A stretch of DNA of 64,000 nt from Rubrivivax sp. (GCA_019635285.1 JAHBZS010000008.1:80557-144556), one strand, 5' to 3'; positions 30,954 to 42,161 are shown, counted from the first letter of the stretch. The notes: generated from the letters alone by a model not told the origin. A program made the numbers and translations.

Positions 30954-31739
30954 ATGAGCGAGGCGCCTCTGGTGCTGCCCACGCGCGACGCGCGCGGCGT
31001 GGTCACCTTGACCCTGAACCGGCCGATGGCCTTCAACGCGCTGTCCGAAGGCCTGCTCGAAGCGCTGCAGCGCGAGCTGGACCGCGTGGCCGCCGATACG
31101 TCGGCGCGCGTGGTGGTGATCGCCGCCGCCGGCCGCGCCTTCTGCGCCGGCCACGACCTGAAGGAGATGCGCGCCGAGCCGTCGCTGGGCTACTACGAGC
31201 GGCTCTTCGCGACCTGCGGCCGCATGATGATGAGCATCCAGAAGCTGCCGCAGCCGGTGATTGCGCGGGTGCACGGCATTGCCACCGCGGCCGGCTGCCA
31301 GCTGGTGGCGATGTGCGACCTGGCGGTCGCGGCGCGCGACGCGCGCTTCGCCGTCAGCGGCATCAACGTCGGGCTGTTCTGCTCGACGCCCAGCGTGGCC
31401 TTGAGCCGCAACCTGTCGCGCAAGGCCGCCTTCGAGATGCTGGTGACCGGTAAATTCATCTCCGCCGACGAGGCGCTGGCCCAGGGTCTGGTGAACCGCG
31501 TCGTCGAGACCGACCGGCTGGACGCCGAGGTCGAGGCGCTGGTCGCGAGCATCGTCGCCAAGCCGCGCGAGAGCCTTGCGCTCGGCAAGTCGCTGTTCTA
31601 TCGCCAGCTGGAAACCGGCATCGAGGCTGCCTATGCCGATGCCGAGAAGACCATGGCCTGCAACATGATGCAGCACGCAGCGTTGGAGGGCGTGCAGGCC
31701 TTCATCGACAAGCGGCCGCCGGACTGGTCCGGCGGCTAG
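30954..31739 (+). CDS. Enoyl-CoA hydratase/isomerase family protein
   Basis: AFCAGHDLKEM, ATAAGCQLVAMCDL, GLFCSTP. Confidence 0.92.
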   Translation: MSEAPLVLPTRDARGVVTLTLNRPMAFNALSEGLLEALQRELDRVAADTSARVVVIAAAGRAFCAGHDLKEMRAEPSLGYYERLFATCGRMMMSIQKLPQPVIARVHGIATAAGCQLVAMCDLAVAARDARFAVSGINVGLFCSTPSVALSRNLSRKAAFEMLVTGKFISADEALAQGLVNRVVETDRLDAEVEALVASIVAKPRESLALGKSLFYRQLETGIEAAYADAEKTMACNMMQHAALEGVQAFIDKRPPDWSGG

Positions 31740-31748
31740 GAGGCGGCT

Positions 31749-32447
31749 TCAGGCCTTGCGGGCGGCCTTGGCGGCCGGCTTCGGCTTGTCGGCTGCGGTG
31801 GCGCCGCCCAGGCCTTCGCTCATGCCGATGAGCACGCCGCTGACCATGGCCGCATAGCTGTCCATCAGCGCCTGGGTGGCACGCAGGCTGGTGGCGCGGC
31901 CCTTGCGCAGCGCGTCCTGCGTCTGGCTCATCAGCTGTTCCACCGTCTGCGCCGCGCCGGCGCCGGTGGCGGTGCCTTCGAGCTTCATCGACTTCAGCAC
32001 CTGCTGCCAGGGGCCCTGCAGCGGCGTGGCCACGCCTTGCACGGCCTTGCCGACGGTGCTGAAGAACAGGTCCTCCATCTTCTCGACGCCGTCCAGCGCG
32101 GCCTTGAGTTGCGTCTCGCGCAGGCCGGCGCCCTGGTCCACCAGCTGCTGCAGCGCCTTGCGGTTGGCTTCCACCGCCTTCAGCAGCGCCGCATCCATGC
32201 CGTCGAAGGCCTTGCGCAGCATGGCCTCCACGTCGACCGCCGGCGCCGGGTTCTTGGCCGCACCGGCCGAGGCCGCCTGAGTCACCGTCTTGATGACCTT
32301 GCGCACGTTGTCCAGCGTGAGTTCGCGGCCCTGCAGCGCCTTCAAGGTGGCGTCGGCCACCGCCTTGCGCAGCTTCTCGCCTTGTTTGGCCGAGGCTTCG
32401 GCGAACATGTCGATCAGGGCGTCCTGGTCTATTCCCGACTTGATCAT
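31749..32447 (-). CDS. Ala/Lys-rich helical hypothetical protein (possibly DUF6781/phasin-like)
   Basis: 232-aa ORF with strong codon bias and SD GAGAG upstream. C-terminal KPKPAAKAARKA. The family assignment is from recall only. Confidence 0.55.
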   Translation of the reverse strand: MIKSGIDQDALIDMFAEASAKQGEKLRKAVADATLKALQGRELTLDNVRKVIKTVTQAASAGAAKNPAPAVDVEAMLRKAFDGMDAALLKAVEANRKALQQLVDQGAGLRETQLKAALDGVEKMEDLFFSTVGKAVQGVATPLQGPWQQVLKSMKLEGTATGAGAAQTVEQLMSQTQDALRKGRATSLRATQALMDSYAAMVSGVLIGMSEGLGGATAADKPKPAAKAARKA

Positions 32448-32499
32448 GGAGCTCTCCTCTGTTGGGCGGCAAGCGCCGCGACGCGATTCTGGATCAGTT

Positions 32500-33471
<972 letters not shown>

Positions 33472-33544
33472 GCAAGCCCCCGTGCGCCCGCGGCCGCAGC
33501 GCCGCGCGAAGGAGCAGGGAGTCTGGGCGCGGCGCGGCGGTGTC

Positions 33545-34516
33545 TCATAGGTCCAGGATGCAGGCAACGCGGTGGCCCGGCGCCACCTCGCGCAGCGGCG
33601 GCGTGGCCAGCATGCAGGCGGGCTGCGCATGCTTGCAGCGCGCGGCGAAGCGGCAGCCCTCGGCCGGGTCGATGAGCTTGGGTACGGTGCCGGGAATGGC
33701 TTCCAGCCGCGTCTTGTGCGCCGCGTCCAGGTCGATGCGCGGGATCGAGCGGATCAGGCCCTGCGTGTAGGGGTGCCGCGGATGTGCGAACAGCTCGCGC
33801 ACCGGCGCTTCTTCGACCACCTTGCCGGCGTACATCACCACCACGCGCTGCGCCACTTCGGCGACCACGCCCATGGCATGCGTGATGAGCATCACCGCCA
33901 TGCCCATCTCGTCCTTCAGCCGCTGCAGCAGGTCGAGGATCTGCGCCTGGATGGTCACGTCCAGCGCGGTGGTGGGTTCATCGGCGATCACCAGCTGCGG
34001 CTTGCAGGCCAGCGCGATGGCGATCATCACCCGCTGGCGCATGCCGCCGGAGAACTGGTGCGGATAGTCCTTGATGCGCCGCTCGGGCGTGGGGATGCGC
34101 ACCAGCTTCAACATGTCGACGGCGCGGTCCAGCGCCTCGCGGCGCGACAGGCCTTCGTGCAGCCGCAGGCTCTCGGCAATCTGCTCGCCCACCGTGAACA
34201 CCGGGTTCAGGCTGGTCATCGGCTCCTGGAAGATGATCGAGATTTCCTTGGCGCGGATCTTCTGCATCGCCTCCGGCGGCAGCGGCACCAGGTCGCGGCC
34301 CTTCCACAGCACCTGGCCGGCGACGATCTTGCCCGGCGGCATGTCGATCAGCTTCATCACCGTCTTGGCGGTGACGCTCTTGCCGCAGCCCGATTCGCCG
34401 ACCACGCCGACGGTTTCGCCGCGGTCGATGGTGATGTCCACGCCGTCGACGGCATGCAGCCAGCCGTCGTCGGTCTTGAAGTGGGTCCTCAGGCCCTTGA
34501 TCTCGAGCAGCGCCAC
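33545..34516 (-). CDS. Oligopeptide/dipeptide ABC transporter ATPase (OppD/DppD-like)
   Basis: GTG start. [35 protein letters not shown]. Confidence 0.93.
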   Translation of the reverse strand: MALLEIKGLRTHFKTDDGWLHAVDGVDITIDRGETVGVVGESGCGKSVTAKTVMKLIDMPPGKIVAGQVLWKGRDLVPLPPEAMQKIRAKEISIIFQEPMTSLNPVFTVGEQIAESLRLHEGLSRREALDRAVDMLKLVRIPTPERRIKDYPHQFSGGMRQRVMIAIALACKPQLVIADEPTTALDVTIQAQILDLLQRLKDEMGMAVMLITHAMGVVAEVAQRVVVMYAGKVVEEAPVRELFAHPRHPYTQGLIRSIPRIDLDAAHKTRLEAIPGTVPKLIDPAEGCRFAARCKHAQPACMLATPPLREVAPGHRVACILDL

Positions 34517-34525
34517 GACTAGGAC

Positions 34526-34616
34526 CCCCAAGACGTCTGCGGCGTTGGCCCCCACGGCCCGACAGGGGCCGCTTTGCGACCCGTGGGGCGCGATGCCAGC
34601 TTGGGGCGGCCCGGCG
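34526..34616. repeat. Intercistronic nested palindrome (REP/MITE-like)
   Basis: CCCCAAG(34526)/CTTGGGG(34600), CCCCACGG(34550)/CCGTGGGG(34581) and GGCCC/GGGCC stems, ending GCTTGGGGCGGCCCGGCGC. Confidence 0.5.
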
Positions 34617-34622
34617 CTTGCA

Positions 34623-35564
34623 TCACATCACCCTGCGCGGGTCGAGCGCATCGCGCAGGCCATCGCCGATGAAGCTGATCGACAGCACGGTGATGAAGAT
34701 CGCCAGCCCCGGGAACAGCGACCAGTGCATGGCGATGTCCAGGTAGTCCTTGGCGTCGAAGAGCAGCCGGCCCCAGGTGGGGATGTCGGGCGGGAAGCCC
34801 AGGCCGAGGAAGCTCAGGGTGCTTTCCAGGATGATCGCCGCAGCCACGTCGATGGTCGCCGCGACGATCACCGGGCCCAGCGAGTTGGGCAGGATGTGGC
34901 GCACCACCTGGCGCGGCGTGCTCGCGCCGAGTGCACGCGCGGCCTCGACGAACTCTTTCTCGCGCAGGCTGAAGAACTGTGCACGCACGACGCGCGCCGC
35001 CGGCATCCAGCGGAAGCCGCCGATGACCAGCACGATGAGCAGGAAGATGCCGACCTCCGGGCCGACCAGCGCCTTCAGGCCTTCGCGGAAGAAGAAGATC
35101 AGCACCAGCAGCATCGGCAGCTGCGGCAGGCTGAGAAACAGGTCGGTGACCCACATCAGCGCGGCGTCGACCCAGCCGCGCGAAATGCCGGCGATGGCGC
35201 CCACGGTGACGCCGACGACGATGGCCACGACCATCGACGCCAGGCCCACCGCCAGCGAGATGCGCCCGCCGTAGAGCACGCGCGCCAGCAGGTCGCGGCC
35301 CAGATCGTCGGTGCCCAGCGGGTGCTTCCACGACGGCGGCGCGAGCCGCGCCTGGAAGTCGATGTCGTTGATGCCGACCTTGTAGACCAGTGGGCCGACC
35401 AGCACCGCCAGCACCAGCAGGCCCAGCATCCACAGGCTCCAGTAGGCCAGCCGGTGGCGCTTGAAGCGCCGCCAGGCCTCGGCCCACAGCGACGCGCCGG
35501 CAGGCTGCCGGCCGAGCTCGCGTCCGGGCTCAGCGATAGCTGATGCGGGGGTCGAGCCAGCCAT
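34623..35564 (-). CDS. Peptide ABC transporter permease (OppC/DppC-like)
   Basis: HPLGTDDLGRDLLARVLYGGRISL, EAARALGA loop, ESTLSFLGLG. Confidence 0.92.
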   Translation of the reverse strand: MAGSTPASAIAEPGRELGRQPAGASLWAEAWRRFKRHRLAYWSLWMLGLLVLAVLVGPLVYKVGINDIDFQARLAPPSWKHPLGTDDLGRDLLARVLYGGRISLAVGLASMVVAIVVGVTVGAIAGISRGWVDAALMWVTDLFLSLPQLPMLLVLIFFFREGLKALVGPEVGIFLLIVLVIGGFRWMPAARVVRAQFFSLREKEFVEAARALGASTPRQVVRHILPNSLGPVIVAATIDVAAAIILESTLSFLGLGFPPDIPTWGRLLFDAKDYLDIAMHWSLFPGLAIFITVLSISFIGDGLRDALDPRRVM

Positions 35565-36489
35565 AGAGCACGTCGGCCAAGAGGTTGAACAGGATCACCA
35601 GCGCACTGAGCACGAAGGTCACCGCCATGATCACCGGCGTGTCGTTGCGCAGGATGGCGTCGATGAGCAGCGAGCCGATGCCGGGGATGCGGAAGATCTG
35701 CTCGGTGACGATGGCGCCGCCGAAGAGCTGCGGCAGCTGCAGCGCCACCAAGGTGACCACCGGGATCAGCGCGTTGCGCACCGCATGCTTCAGGATGACC
35801 ACGCGTTCCGACAGCCCCTTGCTGCGCGCCGTCGACACGTAGTCGAGGCGGATCACGTCCAGCACCGACGAGCGCACATAGCGCATCCAGCTGGCCGCCA
35901 GCGCCAGCCCCAGCACCGACACCGGCATGATCGACTGCTTGAAGTGCTCCCACCACCAGGCCCAGCCGGTTTCCTGCAGGTCGGCGCGAAAGACGAAGGG
36001 CAGCCAGTCGAGCTTGATCGAGAACAGCAGGATGAACAGCAGGCCGATGAAGAAGGTGGGCAGCGAGAAGCCGATGAAGGCCAGCGTGCTGGCGATGCGG
36101 TCGAACCACGAATAGGGCTTGACGGCGGCCAGCACGCCCACCGGCAGCGCCACCACCAGCGCCAGCACCAGCGACGCGCCGACGATGGCCGCGGTCACCG
36201 GCAGGCGCTGCCAGATCAAGGTGTCGACGTCGATGCGGCTGACGAAGGAGAAGCCCCAGTGGCCCTGCAGCATCGAGCCCAGCCAGTGCACGTAGCGCTG
36301 CCATACCGGGTCGTCCAGGCCCAGCTGCGCGCGCAGCGCCAGCCGCACCTCGGCCGGGACGTTGGGGTTGGTGGCCAGTTCCTCGAAAGGATCGCCGGGC
36401 GCCAGGGCCAGCACCGTGAACAGCACCAGGCTGATGCCGAGCAGGCTCGGCAGCGCGATCAGCAGCCGGCGCAGCAGGTAGTTGCCCAA
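35530..36489 (-). CDS. Peptide ABC transporter permease (OppB/DppB-like)
   Basis: TTG start. YLLRRLL, APGDP, ARSKGLSE, HAVRNALIP, EQIFRIPGIG. Confidence 0.92.
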   Translation of the reverse strand: MGNYLLRRLLIALPSLLGISLVLFTVLALAPGDPFEELATNPNVPAEVRLALRAQLGLDDPVWQRYVHWLGSMLQGHWGFSFVSRIDVDTLIWQRLPVTAAIVGASLVLALVVALPVGVLAAVKPYSWFDRIASTLAFIGFSLPTFFIGLLFILLFSIKLDWLPFVFRADLQETGWAWWWEHFKQSIMPVSVLGLALAASWMRYVRSSVLDVIRLDYVSTARSKGLSERVVILKHAVRNALIPVVTLVALQLPQLFGGAIVTEQIFRIPGIGSLLIDAILRNDTPVIMAVTFVLSALVILFNLLADVLYGWLDPRISYR

Positions 36490-36508
36490 GGGCGCGTCCG
36501 GCGGGGCG

Positions 36509-38302
36509 TCAGGCTTCCTTGTACCAGTGGGGCAGGGCCCACAGGTCGTTGTCCCAGCCGGACAGCGGCGCCACCAGCTTCAGCGCGGCCGCCGACGGCC
36601 GCGGCCTGAACACCACCGGGATGATGTTGCCGTCGCCGACGACCATCTCGTTGAGCTTGATGTACATCGCCGCGCGCTTGACCGGGTCCATCTCCGACTG
36701 CGACGCGGTGTGCAGCTTGTCGTACTCGTCGCTGCGCCAGCGCGAGATGTTGCGCTTGGCCCACTTGTTCTCCTTCTGCGCCAGCTCCCACGAGCAGTAC
36801 TGCTCCATGAAGGTCTGGGGGTCGGGCTGGGTCATCGTGGTGGTGTACATCTGCATGTCGCACCAGAACTTCTGGTAGGTGTCCGGGTTGGCGAAGTCGC
36901 CGCCGAAGAACACCGCCGCCGTGACGCTCTTCAATTCCAGCTCGATGCCGGCCTTGGCGCAGGCGTCCTTGACGATGGCCTGGGTCTTCTGCCGCGGCTG
37001 GTTCACCGAGGTCTGGTAGACGAATTTCAGCTTCACGTTGCCCTTGGCGCGGATGCCGTCCGCACCCTTCTTCCAGCCGGCGGCCTCGAGCACCTGGTTG
37101 GCCTTGTCGACGTTGAACTCGAACTTGGTGTTCTTGCTGCGGAAGCGCTCGGGGTTGTTCAGGAAGTTGGCGGTGGCCACGCCGGTGCGTCCGTAGATGA
37201 ACTCCTGCACCGACTTGCGGTCGACCAGCAGGCCCATGGCGTCGCGCACGGCCTTGTCCTGGAAGGCCGGGTGCTTGCTCTTGATGCTGGAACGTTCGCC
37301 GTCGACCTCGTTCCAGGGGTCGGTGGGGTTGAGCAGGATGAACTCGATGTTGCCGCCGGCGACGATCGCCACCTTGCCCTTGCCGCTGGCCTCCAGGCGC
37401 TTGAGGATCTCGTCCTCGACCTGCAGGTTCCAGGCGTAGTCGTATTCGCCGGTCTGCAGCACCGCTCGCGCCGCGCCGACGGCGTCGCCGCCGCCCTTCA
37501 TCTCGATGGCGTCGAAATACGGGCGGTTCGGCTGGTGGTAGTTGGGGTTGAGCGTGCCGCGCACCATGTCGCCGGGCTTGAAGTCGACGAACTTGTACGG
37601 CCCGGTGCCCACCGGCGCCATGTTCATCGGCGCCTCGCGCGACTTGGCGCCCATGTAGGGCGCAAACAGGTGCTTGGGGATGATCATGCCGTTGGTGCCG
37701 ACGAAGGGCTCGGCCCAGAACGGCGTCGGCTTCGGATAGAAGACCCGCACGGTGTGCGCGTCGATCTTCACGACTTCGATGTCCTTGTAGACGGAGATCA
37801 GCGCCGAGGCCGTGGCCGGATCCTTGATGAACTGCCAGTTGAAGACCACGTCGTCGGCGGTGAAGGGCTTGCCGTCGTGCCAGGTGACGCCCTGCTTGAG
37901 CTTCCAGGTGACGGCCTTGCCGTCGGCCGACAGCGTGCCCTTGTCGACGGAGGGGATCTCCGCCGCCAGCACCGGGAACAGGTTGCCGTCGTTGTCCCAC
38001 GCCGCCAGCGGCTCGTAGAACATGCGCGAGCCTTCCTGCTCCTTGGTGCCGGTGGCCCATTGCGGGTTCAGGTGCACCGGGCCTTGCCACCACAGCAGCC
38101 GCAGCGTGCCGCCGCCGCCGCGCTTGGTGGGCTTGTAGGGCGGCAGCACGGTCTGCGCCTGCGCCACGCCGGCCTGCAGCAACAGCATCGACGCCATCGG
38201 CGCCGTCAGGCCCAGGCCCACCATGCCCTGAATGAAGTCGCGGCGCGGCAGCTTGCCGGTCTTGACGTCCCTGATCAGGCCTCTGAGGCTACGCTCGTTC
38301 AT
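36509..38302 (-). CDS. Peptide ABC transporter substrate-binding protein (family 5), Tat signal
   Basis: PRRDFIQG twin-arginine motif, TWHDGKPFTADDV, PVGTGPYK. Confidence 0.9.
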   Translation of the reverse strand: MNERSLRGLIRDVKTGKLPRRDFIQGMVGLGLTAPMASMLLLQAGVAQAQTVLPPYKPTKRGGGGTLRLLWWQGPVHLNPQWATGTKEQEGSRMFYEPLAAWDNDGNLFPVLAAEIPSVDKGTLSADGKAVTWKLKQGVTWHDGKPFTADDVVFNWQFIKDPATASALISVYKDIEVVKIDAHTVRVFYPKPTPFWAEPFVGTNGMIIPKHLFAPYMGAKSREAPMNMAPVGTGPYKFVDFKPGDMVRGTLNPNYHQPNRPYFDAIEMKGGGDAVGAARAVLQTGEYDYAWNLQVEDEILKRLEASGKGKVAIVAGGNIEFILLNPTDPWNEVDGERSSIKSKHPAFQDKAVRDAMGLLVDRKSVQEFIYGRTGVATANFLNNPERFRSKNTKFEFNVDKANQVLEAAGWKKGADGIRAKGNVKLKFVYQTSVNQPRQKTQAIVKDACAKAGIELELKSVTAAVFFGGDFANPDTYQKFWCDMQMYTTTMTQPDPQTFMEQYCSWELAQKENKWAKRNISRWRSDEYDKLHTASQSEMDPVKRAAMYIKLNEMVVGDGNIIPVVFRPRPSAAALKLVAPLSGWDNDLWALPHWYKEA

Positions 38303-38492
38303 GTGCAAACTCCTGGAGACGGGTCAAAGTTCGCCGCCCACGGACGAAGCTGGGCGGGTCCGGTAGCGGCGAAGTAAAGCCCATGCGGGTGCACGAAGCC
38401 ATCCCCCCAAACCCTAGAGCGGCAAGCGGGCATTGCGGACGCGCTCCATGCAAATTCGGGGCCATGCGGGCATCCGATACAGTGGCGCCGCC

Positions 38493-39032
38493 ATGACCCA
38501 CCGCCTGCGCCTGCGTCCGACGATGCTGTCCGACCTGGACTTCGTCACCACCGTGGAGCGCGACAGCCGCAACCTGCCCTTCATCACCCCCTGGGAGCGC
38601 ACCCAGCACGAGGGGGCGGTGCGCTTCCCGGACTTCCGCCACTTCATCGTCGAGGGCGGGGAGGACTTCGCCGCCATCGGCTTCGTCATCCTGCAGGGCT
38701 GCCGCAACCCGCACGGCAGCGTGGAGCTGAAGCGGCTGGTGCTGCAGACCAAGGGCCAGGGCTACGGCCGCGCGTGCGTGCGGCTGCTCAAGCGGATGGC
38801 CTTCCGCGACCTGCACGCGCACCGCTTCTGGCTCGACGTGAAGCAGCTCAACGTGCGCGCGCTGGTGCTGTACGCCAGCGAGGGCTTCGTCGAGGAAGGA
38901 CGGCTGCGCGAAAGCGTGCGCGTGTCCATCGACGGGGCCGACGGCTACGATTCGCTGGTGGTCATGAGCATGCTCGACCGTGAATACCAGGCCCGGCTGG
39001 CGCTGGGCCAGGAAGATGGAGAAGTCAAATGA
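38493..39032 (+). CDS. GNAT-family N-acetyltransferase
   Basis: KGQGYGRACV acetyl-CoA motif; RFWLDV..N..A..LYASEGFVEEG. Confidence 0.85.
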   Translation: MTHRLRLRPTMLSDLDFVTTVERDSRNLPFITPWERTQHEGAVRFPDFRHFIVEGGEDFAAIGFVILQGCRNPHGSVELKRLVLQTKGQGYGRACVRLLKRMAFRDLHAHRFWLDVKQLNVRALVLYASEGFVEEGRLRESVRVSIDGADGYDSLVVMSMLDREYQARLALGQEDGEVK

Positions 39033-40651
39033 TCGCCACGATGATGGACGTGCCGCTGTCGCTGAACCACCTGCTGGACCGCGCCGGAAAGATCTTCTCC
39101 AACAATCTCATCGTCTCGCGGCTGCCGGACAAGTCGCTGGTGCGGCACAGCTACGGCCAGTACCACCGGCGCACGCGCGCGCTGGCCTCGGCGCTGCAGC
39201 AGCTTGGCCTAAAGAAGGGCGACCGCGTCGCCACGCTGTGCTGGAACCACCATGCGCACCTGGAGGCCTATTTCGGCATCCCGGCGGCCGGCGGCGTGAT
39301 GCACACGCTGAACCTGCGGCTGGCGGCCGACGAGATCGGCTGGATTGCCGCCGACGCGAAGGACCGCTTCCTGATCGTCGACGACATCCTGCTGCCGCTG
39401 TACCGGCAGTTCGCCGGGCTGCATGCCTTCGAGAAGGTCATCGTCTTCCCGTTCTCCGGCGCGCCGGTGCCCGACGGCTTCGTGGACTACGAGGCGCTGC
39501 TGGCCGGCGCCGACCCCGACGGCTTGCAGTACGCGGCGCACGACGAACGCGACCCCACGTCGATGTGCTACACCTCCGGCACCACCGGGCGGCCCAAGGG
39601 CGTGGTCTATTCGCACCGCTCCACCGTGCTGCACTCGCTGGTCGGCTGCCTGGGCGACGTGTGGGACCTGAAGGGCACCGACTGCCTGATGCCGGTGACG
39701 CCGATGTTCCATGCCAACTGCTGGGGCATGCCCTACGGCGCGGTGATGATGGGCGCGAAGATGGTCTTCCCCGGCCCGCACCTGCATGCCGACGACCTGC
39801 TCGACCTGATGCAGCTCGAGCCGCCGACGCTGAGCCTGGGCGTGCCGACCATCTGGATGAGCCTGATCCAGACCTTCGAGGCGGCGCAGACCGGCCAGCC
39901 CGGCCGCTGGAAGATGCCCGCCGGCATGCGCTCGATGGTCGGCGGCTCGGCGGTGCCCGAATCGCTGATCCGCGCCTTCGCCAAACACGGCATTGCCTTG
40001 CAGCAGGGCTGGGGCATGACCGAGACCTCGCCGCTGGCCACCGTGTCCTATCCGCGCGCCGAACTGCGCGACGCCGGCGCGGATGAGGCCTTCCGCCGCG
40101 CCGCGATGGCCGGCACGCCGGTGCCGCTGGTCGACGTGCGCATCTGCGGCGAGGACGGCCGCGAGGCGGCGCACGACGGCAAGTCGCCGGGCGAGGTGCA
40201 GGTGCGCGGCCCGTACATCACCGGCAGCTACCACGAGGTGCCGGTGAGCCCCGAGAAGTTCACCGCCGACGGCTGGCTGCGCACCGGCGACGTGGCGACG
40301 ATGGACGAACTGGCCATCATGCGCATCACCGACCGCACCAAGGACCTGATCAAGTCCGGCGGCGAATGGATCAGCTCGGTGGACCTGGAGAACGCGCTGA
40401 TGGCGCACCCCGCCGTGGCCGAGGCCGCGGTGGTGGCGATCCCCGACCCGAAGTGGAGCGAACGGCCGCTGGCCTGCCTGGTGTTGAAGCCCGGGCAGAC
40501 GCTGGACCGCGACGACCTGGCCGCGCACCTCACCCGGCACGGCTTCGCCAAGTGGCAGCTGCCGGAGCGCTACGAGGTCATCGCCGCGATCCCGCGCACC
40601 TCCACCGGCAAGTTCTGGAAGCTGAAGCTGCGCGAGATGTTTCCGCGCTGA
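39029..40651 (+). CDS. Long-chain-fatty-acid--CoA ligase (FadD/AlkK-like)
   Basis: [49 protein letters not shown]. Confidence 0.93.
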   Translation: MIATMMDVPLSLNHLLDRAGKIFSNNLIVSRLPDKSLVRHSYGQYHRRTRALASALQQLGLKKGDRVATLCWNHHAHLEAYFGIPAAGGVMHTLNLRLAADEIGWIAADAKDRFLIVDDILLPLYRQFAGLHAFEKVIVFPFSGAPVPDGFVDYEALLAGADPDGLQYAAHDERDPTSMCYTSGTTGRPKGVVYSHRSTVLHSLVGCLGDVWDLKGTDCLMPVTPMFHANCWGMPYGAVMMGAKMVFPGPHLHADDLLDLMQLEPPTLSLGVPTIWMSLIQTFEAAQTGQPGRWKMPAGMRSMVGGSAVPESLIRAFAKHGIALQQGWGMTETSPLATVSYPRAELRDAGADEAFRRAAMAGTPVPLVDVRICGEDGREAAHDGKSPGEVQVRGPYITGSYHEVPVSPEKFTADGWLRTGDVATMDELAIMRITDRTKDLIKSGGEWISSVDLENALMAHPAVAEAAVVAIPDPKWSERPLACLVLKPGQTLDRDDLAAHLTRHGFAKWQLPERYEVIAAIPRTSTGKFWKLKLREMFPR

Positions 40652-40663
40652 AGCACGCTGCGG

Positions 40664-40705
40664 TTGATGTGCCTCAAGGGCGCGCCTACAGCGACTCCAT
40701 ACCAT
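40664..40705 (+). promoter_or_regulatory. Class II FNR/ANR/DNR-type promoter
   Basis: TTGAT-GTGC-CTCAA (40664-40677) has one mismatch to TTGAT-N4-ATCAA. TACCAT -10 at 40700-40705 puts the box at about -41.5. Confidence 0.75.
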
Positions 40706-40748
40706 GGGTCGCAGCCTGTGGCGGCGCGCACTGCGCAGAGGATCCAGC

Positions 40749-41864
40749 ATGTACAAGCATCTGCTCGTCCCGGTGGACGAAAGCGAACTCTCGGTGGCCA
40801 ACGTCGGCGAGGCGGTGAAGCTGGCGCGCAGCTTCGCCGTGCCGGCGCGCGTGACCTTCTTTCACGCCACCGCCGACTACGGCGCGTCCGTCGAAGGCTC
40901 GCGGGCGAGGGCGCAGATGCGCGATCGACGCCCACCCTTGTTCACCGAAGGCACCACGATGCGCGTGCCCGAGCTGACGCCTTCGGAGTACAGTGAACGG
41001 GTCATCGGTTCGAGCCGCGCGCTGCTGGCCAAGGCCTGCGCCGCCGCGGCCGCGGCAGGGGTCGGCTACGACACGCACAGCGTCATCAGCGACCAGCCCG
41101 CGGAGGCCATCGTCCAGGCCGGCCGCGATTGCGGCTGCGACCTGATCGTCATGGCCTCGCACGGCAGCACCGGGCTGCGTGCGCTGCTGTCGCCGTCGGT
41201 GGCGGCGAAGGTGATGCGCCAGGCCGGCATGCCGGTGCTGGTGACGCGCAGCGAGGGCACCGATACGCAGGTCGAGGCCAGCCGTGCGATCGCGTTGATC
41301 CAGGACGAGCACCGCTCGCTGGCGGCGGCGATCTACGGCATGCGGCGGCGCCTGAGCCAAGCCATCGACGGCAGTGCAGGTCTGGACCGGGAGTTCTTCG
41401 GCCGGCTGGTGAGCTACCTGCAGAACTTCCCGGAGCGGCGCCACCACGTGAAGGAGGAGGAAAGCCTGCACCGCCTGCTGCGCGAGCACGGCGACCAGGG
41501 CCGCGATGTGATGCATCAGCTCGAAGCGCAGCATTTGGAAGAGTACCGGCTGGCGGACGCCCTGCACACGGCCTGGTTGGCCTGTGGCGAGGGCGCGGTC
41601 GGCGCCGACCCGGGGCTGGCGGCCTTGCAGCAGGCCGTCGAGGCGCTGGCGGCGCACGTCTGGCAGCACATGGCGCTGGAGGAAGAGTCGCTGCTGCCGC
41701 TGGCGAAGCAGGTGCTCGACCGCGCCGACTGGCGCGAAGTCGCCGAGACCTTCGAAGGCCACCGCGACCCCGGTTTCGGCGAGTGGTCCGACGAGGACTT
41801 CCGCAGCTATTTCACCCGCGTCGCCAACGAGGCGCAGCTGCCGCAGGCCCCGCTGGTGCGCTGA
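40749..41864 (+). CDS. Universal stress protein fused to a hemerythrin-like (HHE) domain
   Basis: N-terminal MYKHLLVPVD..DLIVMASHG..VLV (USP). C-terminal EH..HHVKEE..QH..HMALEE (hemerythrin metal ligands). Confidence 0.85.
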   Translation: MYKHLLVPVDESELSVANVGEAVKLARSFAVPARVTFFHATADYGASVEGSRARAQMRDRRPPLFTEGTTMRVPELTPSEYSERVIGSSRALLAKACAAAAAAGVGYDTHSVISDQPAEAIVQAGRDCGCDLIVMASHGSTGLRALLSPSVAAKVMRQAGMPVLVTRSEGTDTQVEASRAIALIQDEHRSLAAAIYGMRRRLSQAIDGSAGLDREFFGRLVSYLQNFPERRHHVKEEESLHRLLREHGDQGRDVMHQLEAQHLEEYRLADALHTAWLACGEGAVGADPGLAALQQAVEALAAHVWQHMALEEESLLPLAKQVLDRADWREVAETFEGHRDPGFGEWSDEDFRSYFTRVANEAQLPQAPLVR

Positions 41865-41875
41865 TCGCCGCAGGC

Positions 41876-41908
41876 GCCTGGATATACAATCCAGGCCTGT
41901 GTATCCAG
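41876..41908 (+). promoter_or_regulatory. Inverted-repeat operator overlapping the TA promoter
   Basis: GCCTGGAT-ataca-ATCCAGGC, plus a second CTGGATA/TATCCAG pairing. Contains the -10 candidate TACAAT (41885-41890). Confidence 0.7.
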
Positions 41909-41924
41909 CGACGGGAGGCGCGAG

Positions 41925-42161
41925 ATGCAGGTCTCGAAGTGGGGCAACAGCTTGGCGATCCGGCTGCCCGCTGCGGTGGTCGAAGTGCTGGGCCTGAAGG
42001 CGGGCGATGATATCGAGGTCGTCGTGGCCGACAGCGACCGTCTCGCAGTGAAGCGATCGCCGAGCAACCGCGAGATCCTGGAGCGCTTGCGCAAGTACCG
42101 CGGCCGGATTCCCAGGGACTTCAAGTTCGATCGTCTGGAGGCCTACGGGGACCGCGGGTGA
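41925..42161 (+). CDS. vapB: AbrB/MazE/SpoVT-family antitoxin
   Basis: MQVSKWGNSLAIRLP..LGLKAGDDIEV. Confidence 0.88.
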   Translation: MQVSKWGNSLAIRLPAAVVEVLGLKAGDDIEVVVADSDRLAVKRSPSNREILERLRKYRGRIPRDFKFDRLEAYGDRG

